From Eledone cirrhosa (Eukaryota): DNA of 64,000 nt. The translations under genes and the position numbers were made by a program. Where the stretch lies: positions 4,092,001-4,156,000 of the forward strand of contig OZ024753.1 of NCBI GenBank assembly GCA_964016885.1, written 5' to 3'. The notes beneath the pieces were generated by a model. That model had not been told where the DNA came from, did no database searches, and worked only from the letters and a program-made list of their open reading frames with translations. Shown here piece by piece: positions 12,626-27,540 of this stretch. The number at the start of each line of letters is the position of its first letter. Position 1 is the first letter of the stretch.

Positions 12626-14838
12626 TTCATGTCTACAGTTACTATTGCTTTACAACTCTTCCTCATTATCACTACCGATTCTGGCTGACAGAAACTGATT
12701 CATAATTCTCCATCTTTCTTACTCGACATATCGCGACCTCAAATATATTACACATCTTTGTTCTTAAGATCGAAAAGTTTGTTCTTATGTCCAATGCGGA
12801 GTCCAATGATATTTATCACTTCTGGCCTACGTTTGCCTACCCTAGGCTATGTATATTAAAACATCCAACTCTATTCGTAGCTATGTGTATCGAAACAAAG
12901 AAAACAGACAATCGGTTAATTGAGAAGGCCAAGTGGTCTGGTTTTCTAGTTGGCTGAGTTTGAGTTCCAAAATGGTATTTCAAGAGTGTTTTGACTCAGG
13001 CATATATTCATGAGAAGATCCAATATGTCTGGGATATTAAGAGTTTATGTTGCTAGTGTGTTTACGGTCGTGAGAATCCTGTTGAATTCGACGTCGGCGG
13101 TATTCTTGCAGCATTGTAAATTCTGGCTGTTTTTAGGCTGGTTTGTTATTTACGCACATTTTCTTGAGGGTATACTTCCCAGATGGTGTTGCAAAATCCT
13201 GGATGTTTAATGAGCAGCGAGTAAGAAGAAAGTTTGATCTTGAATGTAAGTTTGTGTTTGTGTGTAGCTGCTTGTGATCGTTGTTTGGATGTTTGCAATT
13301 TGTAGGTTTCGCCAATGGGTCACACTTTTGGAGAACTGGTTGCTTCTTTTACCATTTTCGGAGCTGTTGCACATAGTACAGTAATAATGGTATGTTGAAG
13401 TTATTAGTACTTGTGCTTCTGATATAATTATTGCTGCTTCTCCTCCTTCGCTGTCCACTTCAAGTGACAGATCCGTCTTAAATGTTTGCTGGTGCAGCAC
13501 ATATGAATATGTCATCATTCTCTTATATTTGGGTGCTGGTTGAAAGTTCATTTTGATCACATTTTCCAAATCTGGTGCAGCTCTCCTGGCATAGAAGCCG
13601 GAGAATTTATATCGAAACAGCATTACCATAAACATCAATTTCGCACCAATCAATAAAGCCAGATAGATTGGTATGGGAAAGAATTCAGCACTATAAATGC
13701 GCTGATGAATCAAGCACATGCCACATTCTAAGTGACTGATCCTAGGCTTAGCATTCCAAAATTACTTCCCCGCCTATACAAAACGTTTTGTGCCGTTGAA
13801 CATGTAAATATATCGAACAGGCAAAGTGCAGTTCTCTATATAATAGTGAATTACATATTCCAAACTCCGTACTATCTCTGTTTATAAGTGGAATTGCTGT
13901 TTTTCTATTTAGTCATAGTCGTCATTGTTGTGTTCCTTGGTGGTATTGTGTCTGGTTGATTGCCACACACCATGACTACAACCATCACCACTACCCACAC
14001 CAACAAAAACAAATCTGCCGACACTGTCACTTGAAACAGTGTCGGCAGTTTTGTTTTTGTTGTTACAGGAGTTGTTGCTTTGTTGGTGAGGGTAGTGGTG
14101 ATGATTGTGCTGATGGTAGATTAGTAATGATAGCGTCAGCGTTTCTGCTCTTTCTGAAATAGAGGAAGGGCCGTTTGAAGTTTTACATGAATTTTTATTT
14201 GTGTGGATTATTACATATTTACGTTGTTAGAGTTACTGTTTTGTTACTACAATTGTTGTTGGTGTAAATTTTGTTGGATATGTTACTCTTGTTTTTGTTC
14301 GCGTTGCTAGTGGTTGTGGCATTTCAGCGGTTACAAATGTTTTCTCTCAGAATTTTCATTGTCAGTTTTGCTATAGAATAGTGATAGGTGCAAGGGAAAA
14401 AGTATGTGATTTATCTTTCTGTGTCTTTCATCCTTATATATATTGACCCTCTCCTTTCTGTTGTTGTCGTTATTCTCCCTCTATTACAATATGATAGTTT
14501 GTTGCAAATCCAATGATTTTATCGTACAGAAAAGAATGGTATATAGTTATTGTTAGAAAATATTTCACTCACTTGACAGCTCTAAAGGTTTGTTGTTTTA
14601 TAATTGAAAGTCATTCAACAATCGGCTGGCTTGACATCTGCACACAACAATCAATTCCCAAACAATGAAAACTTTTCATTAGATAGGGAAAACACACATT
14701 TTGCGAAAAAAAAAGTTACATGATTTTACGATGAACGTATCGCCGTTATAGTCAGTGAATATAAAAACAACAGTTATAATGATGATGGTAATAACCAGAA
14801 AAGCAAAAACAACAACGAGAACAACAACAATAATAATA

Positions 14839-15027
14839 ATTATTTCTACAATAGGCGCGAAGCCAGCAATTTCTGGGGCGGGGAAAGTCACTTAAATCGA
14901 CTCCAATGTCTGACTGGTACTTTATTTTATCGACCCTGTATGGATGAAAGGCAAGGCTAACCCCAGCGGGATTTGAGCACAGAACGTAAAGCATGATGTC
15001 CTCCGACGCGCTACTGATACTGCCAAT
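14839..15027 (-). mobile_element. tRNA-derived SINE
   Basis: CTGGTACTTTATTTTATCGACCC..GGATGAAAGGCAA core, B-box remnant GGATTTGAGC, head remnant TACTGCCAAT. Confidence 0.85.
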
Positions 15028-16111
15028 ATTATTAGCAATAATACGATTTCTGTATTGTCTTGATTTTGGCAAATGATGTGGCGCTATTCCCTGGAAATTA
15101 ACAAAAATCAAAATCAAATGAAAACATCACAATTAAATTATAATACATGTTAACAAAATTAAAGCAATGTGGGAAAACACCTAATAGAAATGAATGAAGG
15201 ATCACTCTATTTATGAGTTAACTAACAGAAAGACCACTCTATATCTCTTTCCCCCATTTACTCATCCATATTATCCGTCATAGAGGTGCATATTAAGTGT
15301 AGTATTTTTCCGCTGGCTTTTATCTTCAATCTCACACGCCGTGCAACCCTTGTGTTTGTAGTTGTGTGTAAGATGTTATGGCTGTCAAACATGATTATGG
15401 TAGCTCAAGTCTTAGTGAAATTGTTTAGCCTTCTCTGAGAAACTAATGTGCCGGAACAATTTTTCTATTGCCTTGATTGATAGAATCAAGTATTGTTGTT
15501 GATACATATAGCCCGAATTATTAAGGCTATATGTATCAACAACAATGCAAAAACAATGTAATATTGCGTGCAGGGTAGTTTCTTCGAAGTGCTTACTTTT
15601 CAGAGAGGGACAGCTGACGACGTTTCCGTGCTGTATTGTTACCAAGCCCCTGGTCTATATATCAAACTCATTCAATCTTTGAAAACACGCCTGAAGCTGA
15701 GTGGGCTAAGGATGATCGATGTGTACAGTTATGCGACCTTAATGAATGCCTTTGATTAAGCTAAATTGCAACTGGTAGGATATAGAACTGTATCGTCGGC
15801 TGCAAGAAAATTCATGTGTAAGTTGTCTGTAAACGGTGCAATAAAATGTTTTACAAAGTTAATATGTATATCATTATGGTGTCACCGGTGTTGTTGTGAT
15901 GGTTACATGGGTCTATCTAGAGGTGTTCGTTTTGTATATATAGTGAGAATTGATGCACGAGTACTTTAAGCATGCTAGACAAGGCTAATAGTAATGCCAG
16001 TATGTAGCCACCGAAATCTATGTTAGCTAATCCAAGTCAACGCATACATACGTGCGTAAATACACACACACATACACACACACATACACGCACACATACA
16101 CACACACACAC

Positions 16112-16165
<54 letters not shown>

Positions 16166-16240
16166 CTGTGTGTATGTGTCTATGTATAACATGAAGTAGA
16201 AGGCAATAAGTTTATCGATCACCATATTTTACTTATTACA

Positions 16241-16395
16241 TAATTGTTTCTACTTTAGGCACAAGGCCACCAATTACCCAGTGCATGACTGGTACTTTAT
16301 TTTATCGACCTCGTAAGGATGAAAGGCAAAGTTAACCTCGGCGGGATTTGAACTCAGAATGGCAAGGACCGTAACTCTATTACGTAATTCTGAAC
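16241..16395 (-). mobile_element. tRNA-derived SINE
   Basis: Core plus B box GGGATTTGAACTC. Confidence 0.85.
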
Positions 16396-16994
16396 CTTCG
16401 GATGCGTTATCATCAAACACCTCTGAACTATAGTGAAGTAATTTATTGATAAATCGACAATGAGATTTTCTGTGTTGAATCCATGTTGGCTCGGTATATT
16501 GTGTTTAGCCATACTTGCATACGCCCAATGTTTAAAGATGTGGCTAAACGTCGAACAAAAGGTGTCATTAGTTTGGAAGCAAGTACACACGCATACACAC
16601 ATATATATACAACGCACACACAGGAACACCAACACACCACAGAACATCAACAAGCATCTCGATTTGTTATGTAAATCAATTCATTTCTGATACATAGAAC
16701 TGTATTTCTATCATAAAAAAACTATACATAATTAGAAGTCTTGAGAGAAAATACCCATGTTTAATAGCTGATTAATTAGGAGAACAGAATTATTTAATAT
16801 AGATTAATCATGATTATATAATTACATATAATCAATCAAAATGTTTAATAATTGATAACATTCCAATTCATATGTCTATATTTATTTGGTTCCATTAAAG
16901 AAAATATTATCTTTAAATATATTTCTGTACGATTCCATTTCGTTATACCTATAATCTTCTAATGACATTGACGGTGACTTCATTCTTTTACCAC

Positions 16995-17388
16995 GGCAAA
17001 ATTCAGGGTTCATCAAGTACTCACAAAAGAAAATATTATTTGCGGATGACGCAGCCCTCGCAATACATAGTGAAAAGAAAATGCAGTACCGTATGGATAA
17101 ACTCGTACGAGCCTGCTGGAAATTCAGCTTGCCCGTTAATCTGAAAAAACCTAATGTATGGTGCCCCGACGTTAAGAACCTCCAACCATGACCATCAACA
17201 ACTACGTGTCAGAGATAGTCATGTACTTCGATTCCACTCTGAAACCAGCAAGCGTGTTCGAGGAGTAACCTCCACATTCATCAGTCTGAGAAAGTCTGTC
17301 TGACAGGACACAAAACTGACCAGGCCCTCCAAGATTACAGTGTGCAGGGTGTGCAACCTAAACGCAATAATTTACAACAGCGAGATAT
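16995..17388 (+). pseudogene. RTE (BovB-like) RT fragment
   Basis: From 17036: LFADDAALAIHSEKKMQYRMDKLVRACWKFSLPVNLKK. Later LTRPSKITVCRVCNLNAIIYNSE, resembling TKIxVYRAxVLSTLLYGSE. Confidence 0.8.
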
Positions 17389-18134
17389 CTTCCTTTCTTT
17401 TTATTTATTCCTTTCATGACTTTCGTGTTAGGAACCATATGTTTTCCCTAGCGTCACATAAAATACTATGTGTACTTGTAGCTTACCTGCTATGAATTAA
17501 TGTTGTGTCTACTTCAGATTATAAATAAACTTGAACCCTTATCTTGTATCTTAGTCAAAGCAATTTCAATAGCTTTAAAGGGTTAAATCGTTTGAATAAT
17601 TTCTCTTTCAAAACAGGCATCATGTGTTCGTTAATGACTTTGAGAAACACTTAATTATATATATTTAAAATCTAATTAACAGCGATACTTTATTTATTCA
17701 ATTGAATTTAAAAGCCACAGGTATATGTACAATTCCATAAATTCTTATGTACAATTACCTTCAAACATAAAAGCGGAAATTTACGTCAGACATTATTCAA
17801 ATGTTTGGAGGATTGCTGCCGGATGAATAATTATGTTTACTTTAACAGATCTCCTCTTTTCGTTTTAATCTTTACTACATTCCATGTGCTACGAAGGCTT
17901 AACAGTATTGGAAGTCGTATCAAAGTTCTAATTGCAAATTGCTAAAGATTAATTAGAACATTTTATTCAGCTGGTAATGTAATATGTCTCTGTATAAATA
18001 AAAACTATTTGAAATAGCTATCAGAGACTGGCAGATGTTACGAATTATATTTAGTTATGGGGAGAAGTGCCAGAAGTTAAATTGTGTAAATAAGGTACAA
18101 CAGGGTTTGTAAATACCACCATTCTTCTTTTTCT

Positions 18135-18300
18135 TCTTCTTTGTCTTTCAGCTCCTCCCCCAAATCCTCATATGTTTTAACTTTGGACGTCTTTGCTGTT
18201 TCTGCAGCGACATTTCGCGCCTGCTGCACCGTATGTGGAAGGTGGACTTATTTCCATATCCAGCTTTGTAAGGCTCCTTCTTTGATCTCTGACATATTTA
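18135..18300 (-). pseudogene. Possible RTE linker fragment
   Basis: QQARNVAAETAKTSKVKTYEDLG resembles the RTE EN-RT linker. Confidence 0.35.
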
Positions 18301-18305
18301 CTCCC

Positions 18306-18707
<402 letters not shown>

Positions 18708-19794
18708 CATCTGTTCTATACCAAATATTTTTATTCATATACTTTACTTTGCACCACTTATGGTCGGATTTCCTTTACACGTTTTTGCATCAGATTGTGT
18801 TTTGTTGATGTGGTTCGTACAAGAAACTACTCTATGATTTCATATGTTGCTTGAAAATATGCACTTGCATATGGCTTTGATTTTGCATCGGCATGACTCT
18901 ACTTATATTTTCTGTTGGTCCTGTTGACATTTCCTACACTATATATGTGTGTGACCCCCCCCCCCCCCCTTCAATTAACCTCAGGTGATTTACACTCAAC
19001 TTTACTTTAGCAAGTTTTTTTATTGGGTGTAATTATTACATGTGCTCTCATCCAGTTTCATTTATGTTCGTTTAAGTTTATTTAACGTAGATATTTAATG
19101 TATCTAATTTCACATAACGTTATTTATTTGTCTGGCAGAAGATGTCCCTATGCGGTTTCAGCAATCACTATAAAGAATGCAACTTATCATAAATGTAACA
19201 ATATGGTGTCACCAGCTTTAATTTTCCAATATCATATCTTCTTATCATACATCAATGTCGCTCTGTATATTGGAGGCCTAACGCTATTCAACAGCAAGAT
19301 GTTCAATTCATAGATACATTACGAAATTAAGTGAAAACATAAATAAAACAACGATTCTACTCGGTATAAATGTAGTCCAATGGATCACGTCGATTCAAGT
19401 TATAACAATATCTTAGGCCACTTTCATTTAGCATTTCAGACGCAATTGGCATTCTCAGGGTTTTTATAAATATTAATGATACGTGGGTGTCTCATGAAAT
19501 TATCTATATCCATTAAACACACATATTGGCTCACGGCCAATGTGAGATACCAATATATCCTTCATTCAATCATATTCGTAGTATCATTCAGGATATTTGA
19601 ATGAATGCTAATATTTCCTCAAATATTTTGAAAATAAATGCTCTTCTATTTTAAGAACATTAAGCAATTAAGCAAACACTAATTTCCCTATAGAGTACAC
19701 AGCTGCGCAATTATCAAAAGCCAAAAGCAGCTCCAGATCCTTTAATACTTGCTTTCATCTTTATTTAAATGGTTACGTAAGCTGTTTAATTCAC

Positions 19795-19935
19795 GCCGAC
19801 TTTCGTCCCTTTACGGACTGAGTTCGAATCCTACTGAGGTTAACTTTGCCTTTCATCCTTTCGGGGTCGATAAAATAAAGTACCAGTAATGTACTGGGTA
19901 ATTGCTGGCCCTGTGGCAAAAGTAGAAACAATGAT
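19795..19935 (+). mobile_element. tRNA-derived SINE
   Basis: GAGTTCGAATCC B box, core and tail. Confidence 0.85.
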
Positions 19936-20499
19936 TTTAATTGTAATCAAGCAAAACTAATAACCATTAATATCAGGTAGATTCATCACATAATATTACT
20001 TTTGTGACTAATAGTATCGCAAATAAATATTCCCTCCCATAAAAGAAAGGGTTGATTTGCGAACCAGATATTTGGAAGATACTAGGCGCAGTGAATCACC
20101 TAGAGGGATATGCTCCTCGTGATTGTGTGTGTAAGTGGTACACTGCAAAATATCCCCCTCCCACGTGTGTTTTCTCTTTGGTGTGTGTGTTCGTGTTTGA
20201 GTCTATGCGTGTTTGTATTATATCTTTGCTCACCAGCGTATGTTTATGTGTGTTTGTTGTTAATGTACTTGTGTATATTTATTTATTTATTTATTTATTT
20301 ATTTATATTTACCTTAGGTCAGTATTGTGTGTTTGCGTATCGTTGTTGTTATTCCATTCGACATATCTGTTCAACTTTGGTTTACTTAGTTCTATTTCAG
20401 TTGCTGCTCAAATTTGTCTACCTGTTGAATCATTTCTATGATTAAATATTATTTAAATTTCTATGTTGTCTATATTACCATCATGTTTTTGTCTGGCGT

Positions 20500-21870
20500 G
20501 TTCATATAGTACCGAACCGTCTTTTCATCCTTTTAGTTCCCCGCAGTGTTGGTCTATCTACTCTCATATGCTTCGAGATGTCTCACCTATGTATGTCATT
20601 GTCATGTTTCTACAAATACCCTCTGTACATCTTATGCTATAAACTACATTTCCAGTTTTACAATTTATTTGAGGATTTATTCTACATATAACACCTTTCT
20701 TATTCGTACAGTGGGTTTTCTGAGAGGGGTATGTTCTGCTGATCAGGGATTTTATGGTAGTTGCTGTCTTTTCTACCACTTTAATCTTTAGATGCATCTT
20801 TCTTATGGCCTTTCTACATTGGTTAGCTAATTTCCCTCCGGGGATATTTCCACGAGTATGGCACTCTGGTATCTCTGGTTGTTGTACCATGAAGTGGCTT
20901 CCCCTATCTAAGCTATTCCATGATTTACTCCTGTAAAATGGGCAATTCATTGCATGTCCATTTCTATGAGTGTTTTGTATTTTTCTGTGGCTCCTTTGTA
21001 TAATCAGATTCTGTCTCTTTGGTTGTAGCCAGAGAACTGCATGCGATTGATGAAGTGTTGGATGTGTCTTTGCATTTCAGTTGGGTCGCAAATGCGGAAC
21101 ACATTCTTCAACTCTCTTACCAAGTCTGCGATCAGAACATTAATCTTAGCACTATTGGACATTGCTGAGATTTTGAATATAAGGTATTTGGAGGCCTTGG
21201 GCTTAGTATAATGTGTGTGTGGAGAATTTGGGCCCTCTCCTTTATAGTGTTTAACCAGAGCTCCGTGTCTAATTCTGGTGGTCTATTGTTAGGGTGTTTG
21301 GAAGGGTAGTCAATAGTTACAGTTATGCTCTGGTGTATGGAGTTAGCTATCTGCTGGATGCTCTCCATTGTGTTATTTTCTAGTTCAGGTTTATTGGTAC
21401 TCTCTTGTGGGGGTGTTCTTATTATATTGATATCGTCTACTTTTCCACCATACCATAAATAGGGTGGCAACATCACCAACTATGCTGACGCCAATGTTTG
21501 CTCTCTCATTCTGGTTGTAGATTTTCTCATTAAGTTTAAACATGTGGCCCTTCAGGGTAGTTTTCATACAAGCCCCTACTTCATGTGCGACCATTTTTCT
21601 CATCTGATCGTTGTTTTTGGGTGTCCGTATGGCTTTGGTCCATCAATTCCATCTTCCTATGAGAATCTTTTTAGCCATTGAGATTATGCTGGGGAGGAGT
21701 GTGCCTGTTATAGGACTACTGCGGCAGAAACCGCTAAGGTTGTAATCATCAAACTGTTCAGTATCATAAGTAATTCTAAGTAGGAGGCCCAATTCATGTG
21801 TGTCAACGTCGCGGATCTCGACCTCACTCTCACTGATTATTTCCACACATATTTCAACAGAAAAAAATCA
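20500..21870 (-). pseudogene. Decayed Penelope-like element (RT + GIY-YIG), Neptune/Poseidon-type
   Basis: Frameshifted pieces: FKLNEKIYNQ...IGVSIVGDVATLFMVWW, KVDDINI, IANSIHQSITVTIDYPS..LDTELW, and CKTGNVVYSIRC...YIGETSRS. Confidence 0.85.
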
Positions 21871-22360
21871 GTATCAATGGATGGGTACAGTAGCAGTATC
21901 TCTTCTTAAGCATGTTGAAATATTCCGTAATATTGTATATGTACAAAAGTACAATGTGCTACAGTAATATAAAACATATTGTTTTAGAGAGGATAACAAC
22001 GTATTGATAGCCAATCCTCTATAAGCAATTACAACCACTTTATTTCCCTCGGACGAAAAAGCGACAACGTTGGGAGTTAAAGAAATAGCAGCTATATACA
22101 TCTCTATATAGATCTCTATAACTTTGAATTATTTTCATTTCCCCCTATTCCAGGGGTGTATTTTTCTGTGGTATATATTTTATTTTGCCCAGTCGAACTA
22201 AATTGGTGTAAGTAAAATCCGAGTTAATTTAAATCACAATGATTAGGGTATTTATCATCATCAGATAAATATATTTCTGCTGAATAAAATCTGCACCTGT
22301 ATAAAACACATCCTCCTCCCTGATATATCTAAGATGCTGTTATAAGAATACACTTAGAGA

Positions 22361-22469
<109 letters not shown>

Positions 22470-25400
22470 TATATATACATATACATATATATATACATAT
22501 AAATATAAATACATATATATACATATATATATATATATATACATATAGTTTCGTTGACAAATATTAAACCTGCTTAAGGCTTTGCTCTATACCTAGCACA
22601 GCCTAATAGTCTGTCGAAAGCCCAACAAACTCCGCCGCAGCTATAAAACGGATGGTTTGGGCATTCGGGGTCCTGATAGCCTTGACCCTAATATAGTATA
22701 GTGAAATAAGGGACCAAATCGTGTTGGCTAGGTGCCCCAGAATCGATCAAGCCCCGGGGGGGGGGGATGGTTGGTCGTCGAGGGTGTTCGAATCGAACAA
22801 ATGACTTGCCCCAAGCGTCCCGTGGATGTCTAATGAATCCGCCCTTTATGACGCGAATGCCTCCCATACTTTATATAAGTGCACTACGACTTCCTGTGTT
22901 TATATTCTGACGACCGCGGTGTGTAACTAGCGAGAGGCTAACCTTTGAAATTTTGAAATTGCTGAATATGAATTGTGCTGCATATATGATGAATTATAGA
23001 ACCACACTAAAGGCAGTGTGCGACAGTAGATATTGACTTCCCGCCGACCCAGGAGGGGTCACACCCGACTGAATAGATTACAACCTCCGGATTCAGTAAT
23101 CTACACGAAAACCACGTGGCGGACATGTAAATAACTTAGTTGTCATTGACAGTTTTATCCGTGAGTTTTCTATATTTTCTAGAGAAAGTTGCACTCACTC
23201 TAATAAACCCGCTTATTGTTGTAACCACATCTGCTTTTCCTTCACTCTGCCATAGGTAATTCTGGAAGCGAAGTTCTCTGTATACACCTTCTGTTTATGT
23301 GACGGAGTAGCCATCACGATTTACATTTACAATGTTATAATTGCATACGATATGACAATTTGTTTGAATTTCACTTGGGACGTTGGGTTGACAGACCGAA
23401 CGTGAGGACTTTGGAAGATTGTAGTTATTGCGGACCTGTCGTATTTTCAATTTCCTCACTGGAGTGCCGGCTGTACATATACCCTACCTTTCTTCAACTC
23501 ACCGTACTTTATCTTATTTTAGATTTTAGGGGTTTATCGCTGACTGCCTATCAGGATAAATCCCCGGATTATATGTTTTGGAAACATAGTGTTACTTCGC
23601 CTAACGCTCGGAACTGGAACCAATGGATGTTGTCCGTAGGGTGCTGATAAGATACGGAGGTACGACCTGTTACAAGGCGATATAACCTTACTATAGACAA
23701 TCCTACATGTAAAGCTGCACGACCGTTAACCAACCATCCTTCTCACAGACTCATGCTTGCAAGCTCTCTTAATCTGCCTGTACATCCTGTATTTACACTG
23801 CTTGTGCTTTGATGTATGTATGCTTTGCTTTTCTTTTTCTTTTTTTTATTGTTTTTTTTATTGTTTTTGATCATGCTGAGTAACACCTTCACTCATCTCT
23901 TGCTACCCTCTCCCAACCTCCTTACCATCTATTGCACCATGTAAGTGATACATTTTTTATGTGATCTTTGATCTTTTCATCAAAGCAGATATTATTTTAC
24001 CTACCCAGGCAAGGCTGGGTACTGTTGCTAGTGACAAATATATTTGTGGCAACTGCACAATACAACGTACAGTAAAAGCTGGAAAATCCTGAAACAACAC
24101 AGTGTTTACCCATGAAAAGCCAGAAAATAAGGAAAACAAACTTAAATATGCTTTCTCATCTGCTACTCCCTACGTTTACCACAATCGTGTGGTTTCAAGC
24201 CTTTTGTAATCGAACAAACTAGTATCATGTTTCTCTAAATGCAATGTCTGTATATTAATTCAGTCAACTTCCACGTTTCTTAAATTTGTTTAAACATGGA
24301 CAGGGTCTACTAAAACCACTGAAAACAGATTTCTAAAGCATATATTGTTATAACATACATCGCTTTCAAATTTAGATATAATACCAAACATTTCAAAATT
24401 ACGGCCGCGACATAGCTTATTGAATCGGACCTCCTATGGACATGAAGAAACCTTTCCGTTTATACACCGGACCATCCAATTTTGCAAATATTTTCAAACA
24501 ATTAATTATGCCTACAGATAACATTACCCTCCTCGTAAATCTTAGTCCAAATTATTTCAAGATTTACAGCTACTATCATTCCACATGTATACGTATTCTT
24601 AAGAAACATTCATTTGTAAATAAATATTTCTTTATAATTAAAAATCTGTTAGAATCCTTATTTCGATTTTTTTTTCAGATTTAGATCTCCTTTCACATTA
24701 TTTGTAAAATCGTTTATCCAACTAAATAACTTTGATACGAGCGATAGGTTTACATCATTCTTTGTGAAAAGAATTTTGTATTCAAAAATGCTTTCAGATT
24801 TTCATCTTCATTTCATCTAACCAAAAATTTATTTTGATTCCAATTATAGATTGGTTTTCTTAATTTATAACTTTTCTTTACATAACATAACATTGCGCAA
24901 CACTTTTCTACGTAAATCGTTTCTTATTAAATTATTTACGAACTCATTTGCCTATTTCCATAAACTTGTAACGTTCCCTTATCAATTAATTACATTTTTA
25001 ACATATATAGAATTATCCAATTTAGAGATCAATTTCATATTCTAGACAGAGGTTCGTTATATAAATATACTTGCGTGTGTGAATATTTATTTTTCTGATA
25101 TTCTTCATATTTTTAGAAGTACGTTCGATAGAATTCCAATGTGTAGCATGATATATTACTTTAGCTCAATTATTTAATAGTTATTTCCCTGTCAATTTTT
25201 CTTAAATGCTTGAGCTTGAAGATTTAAATTACTTTATACGCTCCAATACGATTTCAATATTATGCCAATTATATTTCTAATCTACTGCATTAGACAGTTT
25301 TGTCACAAAATGAGGAATACTCATATAATTATGAGGCTCAAACGCCTGGAAACCCGGTTGCTGTAAACATTGTGTATGATATATTCCTTATAATTTAAAC

Positions 25401-25624
25401 AAAATTATGCAAACCCTGCATTTCATTATAATTCTCTCATAAACTATATATTGATTCAATTTTTTTTTATTGCAGATTTTAATTATTTCCTAGCACCACA
25501 TCCAACATCCAATATCCTACTAATTAAAATATGCGAACATATTTATGGAAAATTAAGCGAACCTTTCTAGTAAAAATTTATTTCAAATATTTCTTTTCCT
25601 GGGTTCGTTAATGTATATGTGTAC

Positions 25625-25676
<52 letters not shown>

Positions 25677-25857
25677 AGTAAGAATATTTTAGAAACAGCG
25701 AGCGGGTTTGAAATTATTATAAATGTAAGCTATCGCCGTATTTTGGCTAAATAAATTAAAGACATTATTTAGCCTGATAGTGGGGTTAAGAACCCTCGGA
25801 GAAATGGAAAAAATGAGTATTGCCGTTCATATATATATATATATGTGTGTGTGTGAA

Positions 25858-25927
25858 TTAAGATGACAGAAGGAACATTTTAAATGCATAATCTTTACAA
25901 TTGTTTCGACACAAACCTTTTCTTCAA
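25858..25927 (-). mobile_element. PLE-like 3' stub with partial hammerhead
   Basis: TTGAAGA...GTC-GAAA-CAATTG (palindrome)-TA-AAGAT, ending at a (CA)/(TA) repeat; the 5' strand of stem I is missing. Confidence 0.4.
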
Positions 25928-25963
25928 TCAGAGAATTAGGCGAACAGTAAAAGTAATAATGCG

Positions 25964-26135
25964 GTCGTACCACTGGCAGTGGAGACCTCTGGTATCCTCA
26001 GCCCCAGGGCTACCTCCTTACTCACCACCATAGGCGCTGAGCTGGCCAGCCGCAGGTGTGAGCCCCGCGAGTTGGAGTGCCTCTTCCAGCGCGTCTCCCT
26101 CGCCGTCGACCAGGGAAACGCCTTCTCCTTTCTAT
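25964..26135 (+). pseudogene. CRE-clade non-LTR retrotransposon C-terminal (REL endonuclease) fragment
   Basis: VPLAVETSGILSPRATSLLTTIG...EPRELECLFQRVSLAVDQGNA matches PxAxETxG...QRxSxAxQRGNA; locally GC-rich island. Confidence 0.75.
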
Positions 26136-26368
26136 CCGCCAGGTCTGTGGGTGGGCCCCATCGCGTACCGTTGTAGTTATTGTAGAAGAAACGGATTTAA
26201 ATGAATATATAGATGGGAATTCAACATCTACCAGGACTAAAACTCATTTAATTTGTCTCCACTCCCATATGTTCAGCTTAAAATCATGCTGAAACAGACT
26301 TCTTCAGATTTCTAGCAAATATGCTATTCGCCAAAGTAATAATCACATAATATTTATAATTTACGCCC

Positions 26369-26865
<497 letters not shown>

Positions 26866-27141
26866 CTGTACAAACATACATGCCGAATCACACAGAAATA
26901 TACATATAAAGAAATAGTAGAAGACGCAGCGAGAAAGAATGCTACATTATGAGATACCGATAACGAACGAGAAGTTATCAGACGATTTAAGCGGAGCCTA
27001 GTAATTAAATAGTCAAATATATTCGTCTATTCTTTAACATTAAGCATTATGAAATAAACAAGTATAAATAGATTAATATGAAGTTAGAAATAATTCAACA
27101 TGACATGACATGAAACATTAAAGCACATTATTTAACAACAA

Positions 27142-27540
27142 TTAGGGCCGTGAATTGGTAGTATCGGTAGAGGGTCGGACGCCATGCTTTCCAGCATAGT
27201 TACGTCCCTTTATGGTCTGAGCTCAAATCCTGCCGAGGTTAACTTTGCCTTTCATCCTTACGGGGTCGATAAAATAAAGTACCAGTAATGCACTGGGTAA
27301 TTGCTGGCCTTGTGCCTAAAGTAGAAACAATTATTTAACAACAATTAGGGCGGTGAATTGGTAGTATCGGTAGAGGGTCGGACGCCATGCTTTCCAGCAT
27401 AGTTACGTCCCTTTATGGTCTGAGTTCAAATCCTGCCGAGGTTAACTTTGCCTTTCATCCTTACGGGGTCGATAAAATAAAGTACCAGTAATATACAGGG
27501 TAATTTGCTGGCCTGGTGCCAAAAGTAGAAACAATTATTT
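27142..27540 (+). mobile_element. Tandem dimer of full-length tRNA-derived SINEs
   Basis: Two ~203-bp units with A box TGGTAGTATCGG, B box GAG(C/T)TCAAATCC and core GCCTTTCATCCTTACGGGGTCGATAAAATAAAGTACCAG. ATTATTTAACAACAA occurs at 27127, 27330 and 27534. Confidence 0.92.

Noticed and set aside
13207-13719. 170-aa minus-strand ORF and adjacent coding-like 12900-13200
   Set aside because: No recognisable domain or splice context; possibly a decayed TE, but I cannot support that.
15608-15655. Minus-strand GAAACGTCGTC half-ribozyme
   Set aside because: No CTGANGA partner and no second copy.
19130-19165. CAGAAGATGTCCC / GAAACCGC ribozyme-like pieces
   Set aside because: The pieces lie on opposite strands and do not assemble into a core.
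22560-23330. GC-richer segment with TATA-like and AATAAA motifs (solo LTR?)
   Set aside because: No clear TG...CA ends, TSD or second copy.
27144-27240. tRNA gene
   Set aside because: A/B boxes lack a cloverleaf and run into a SINE core; it is a SINE head.
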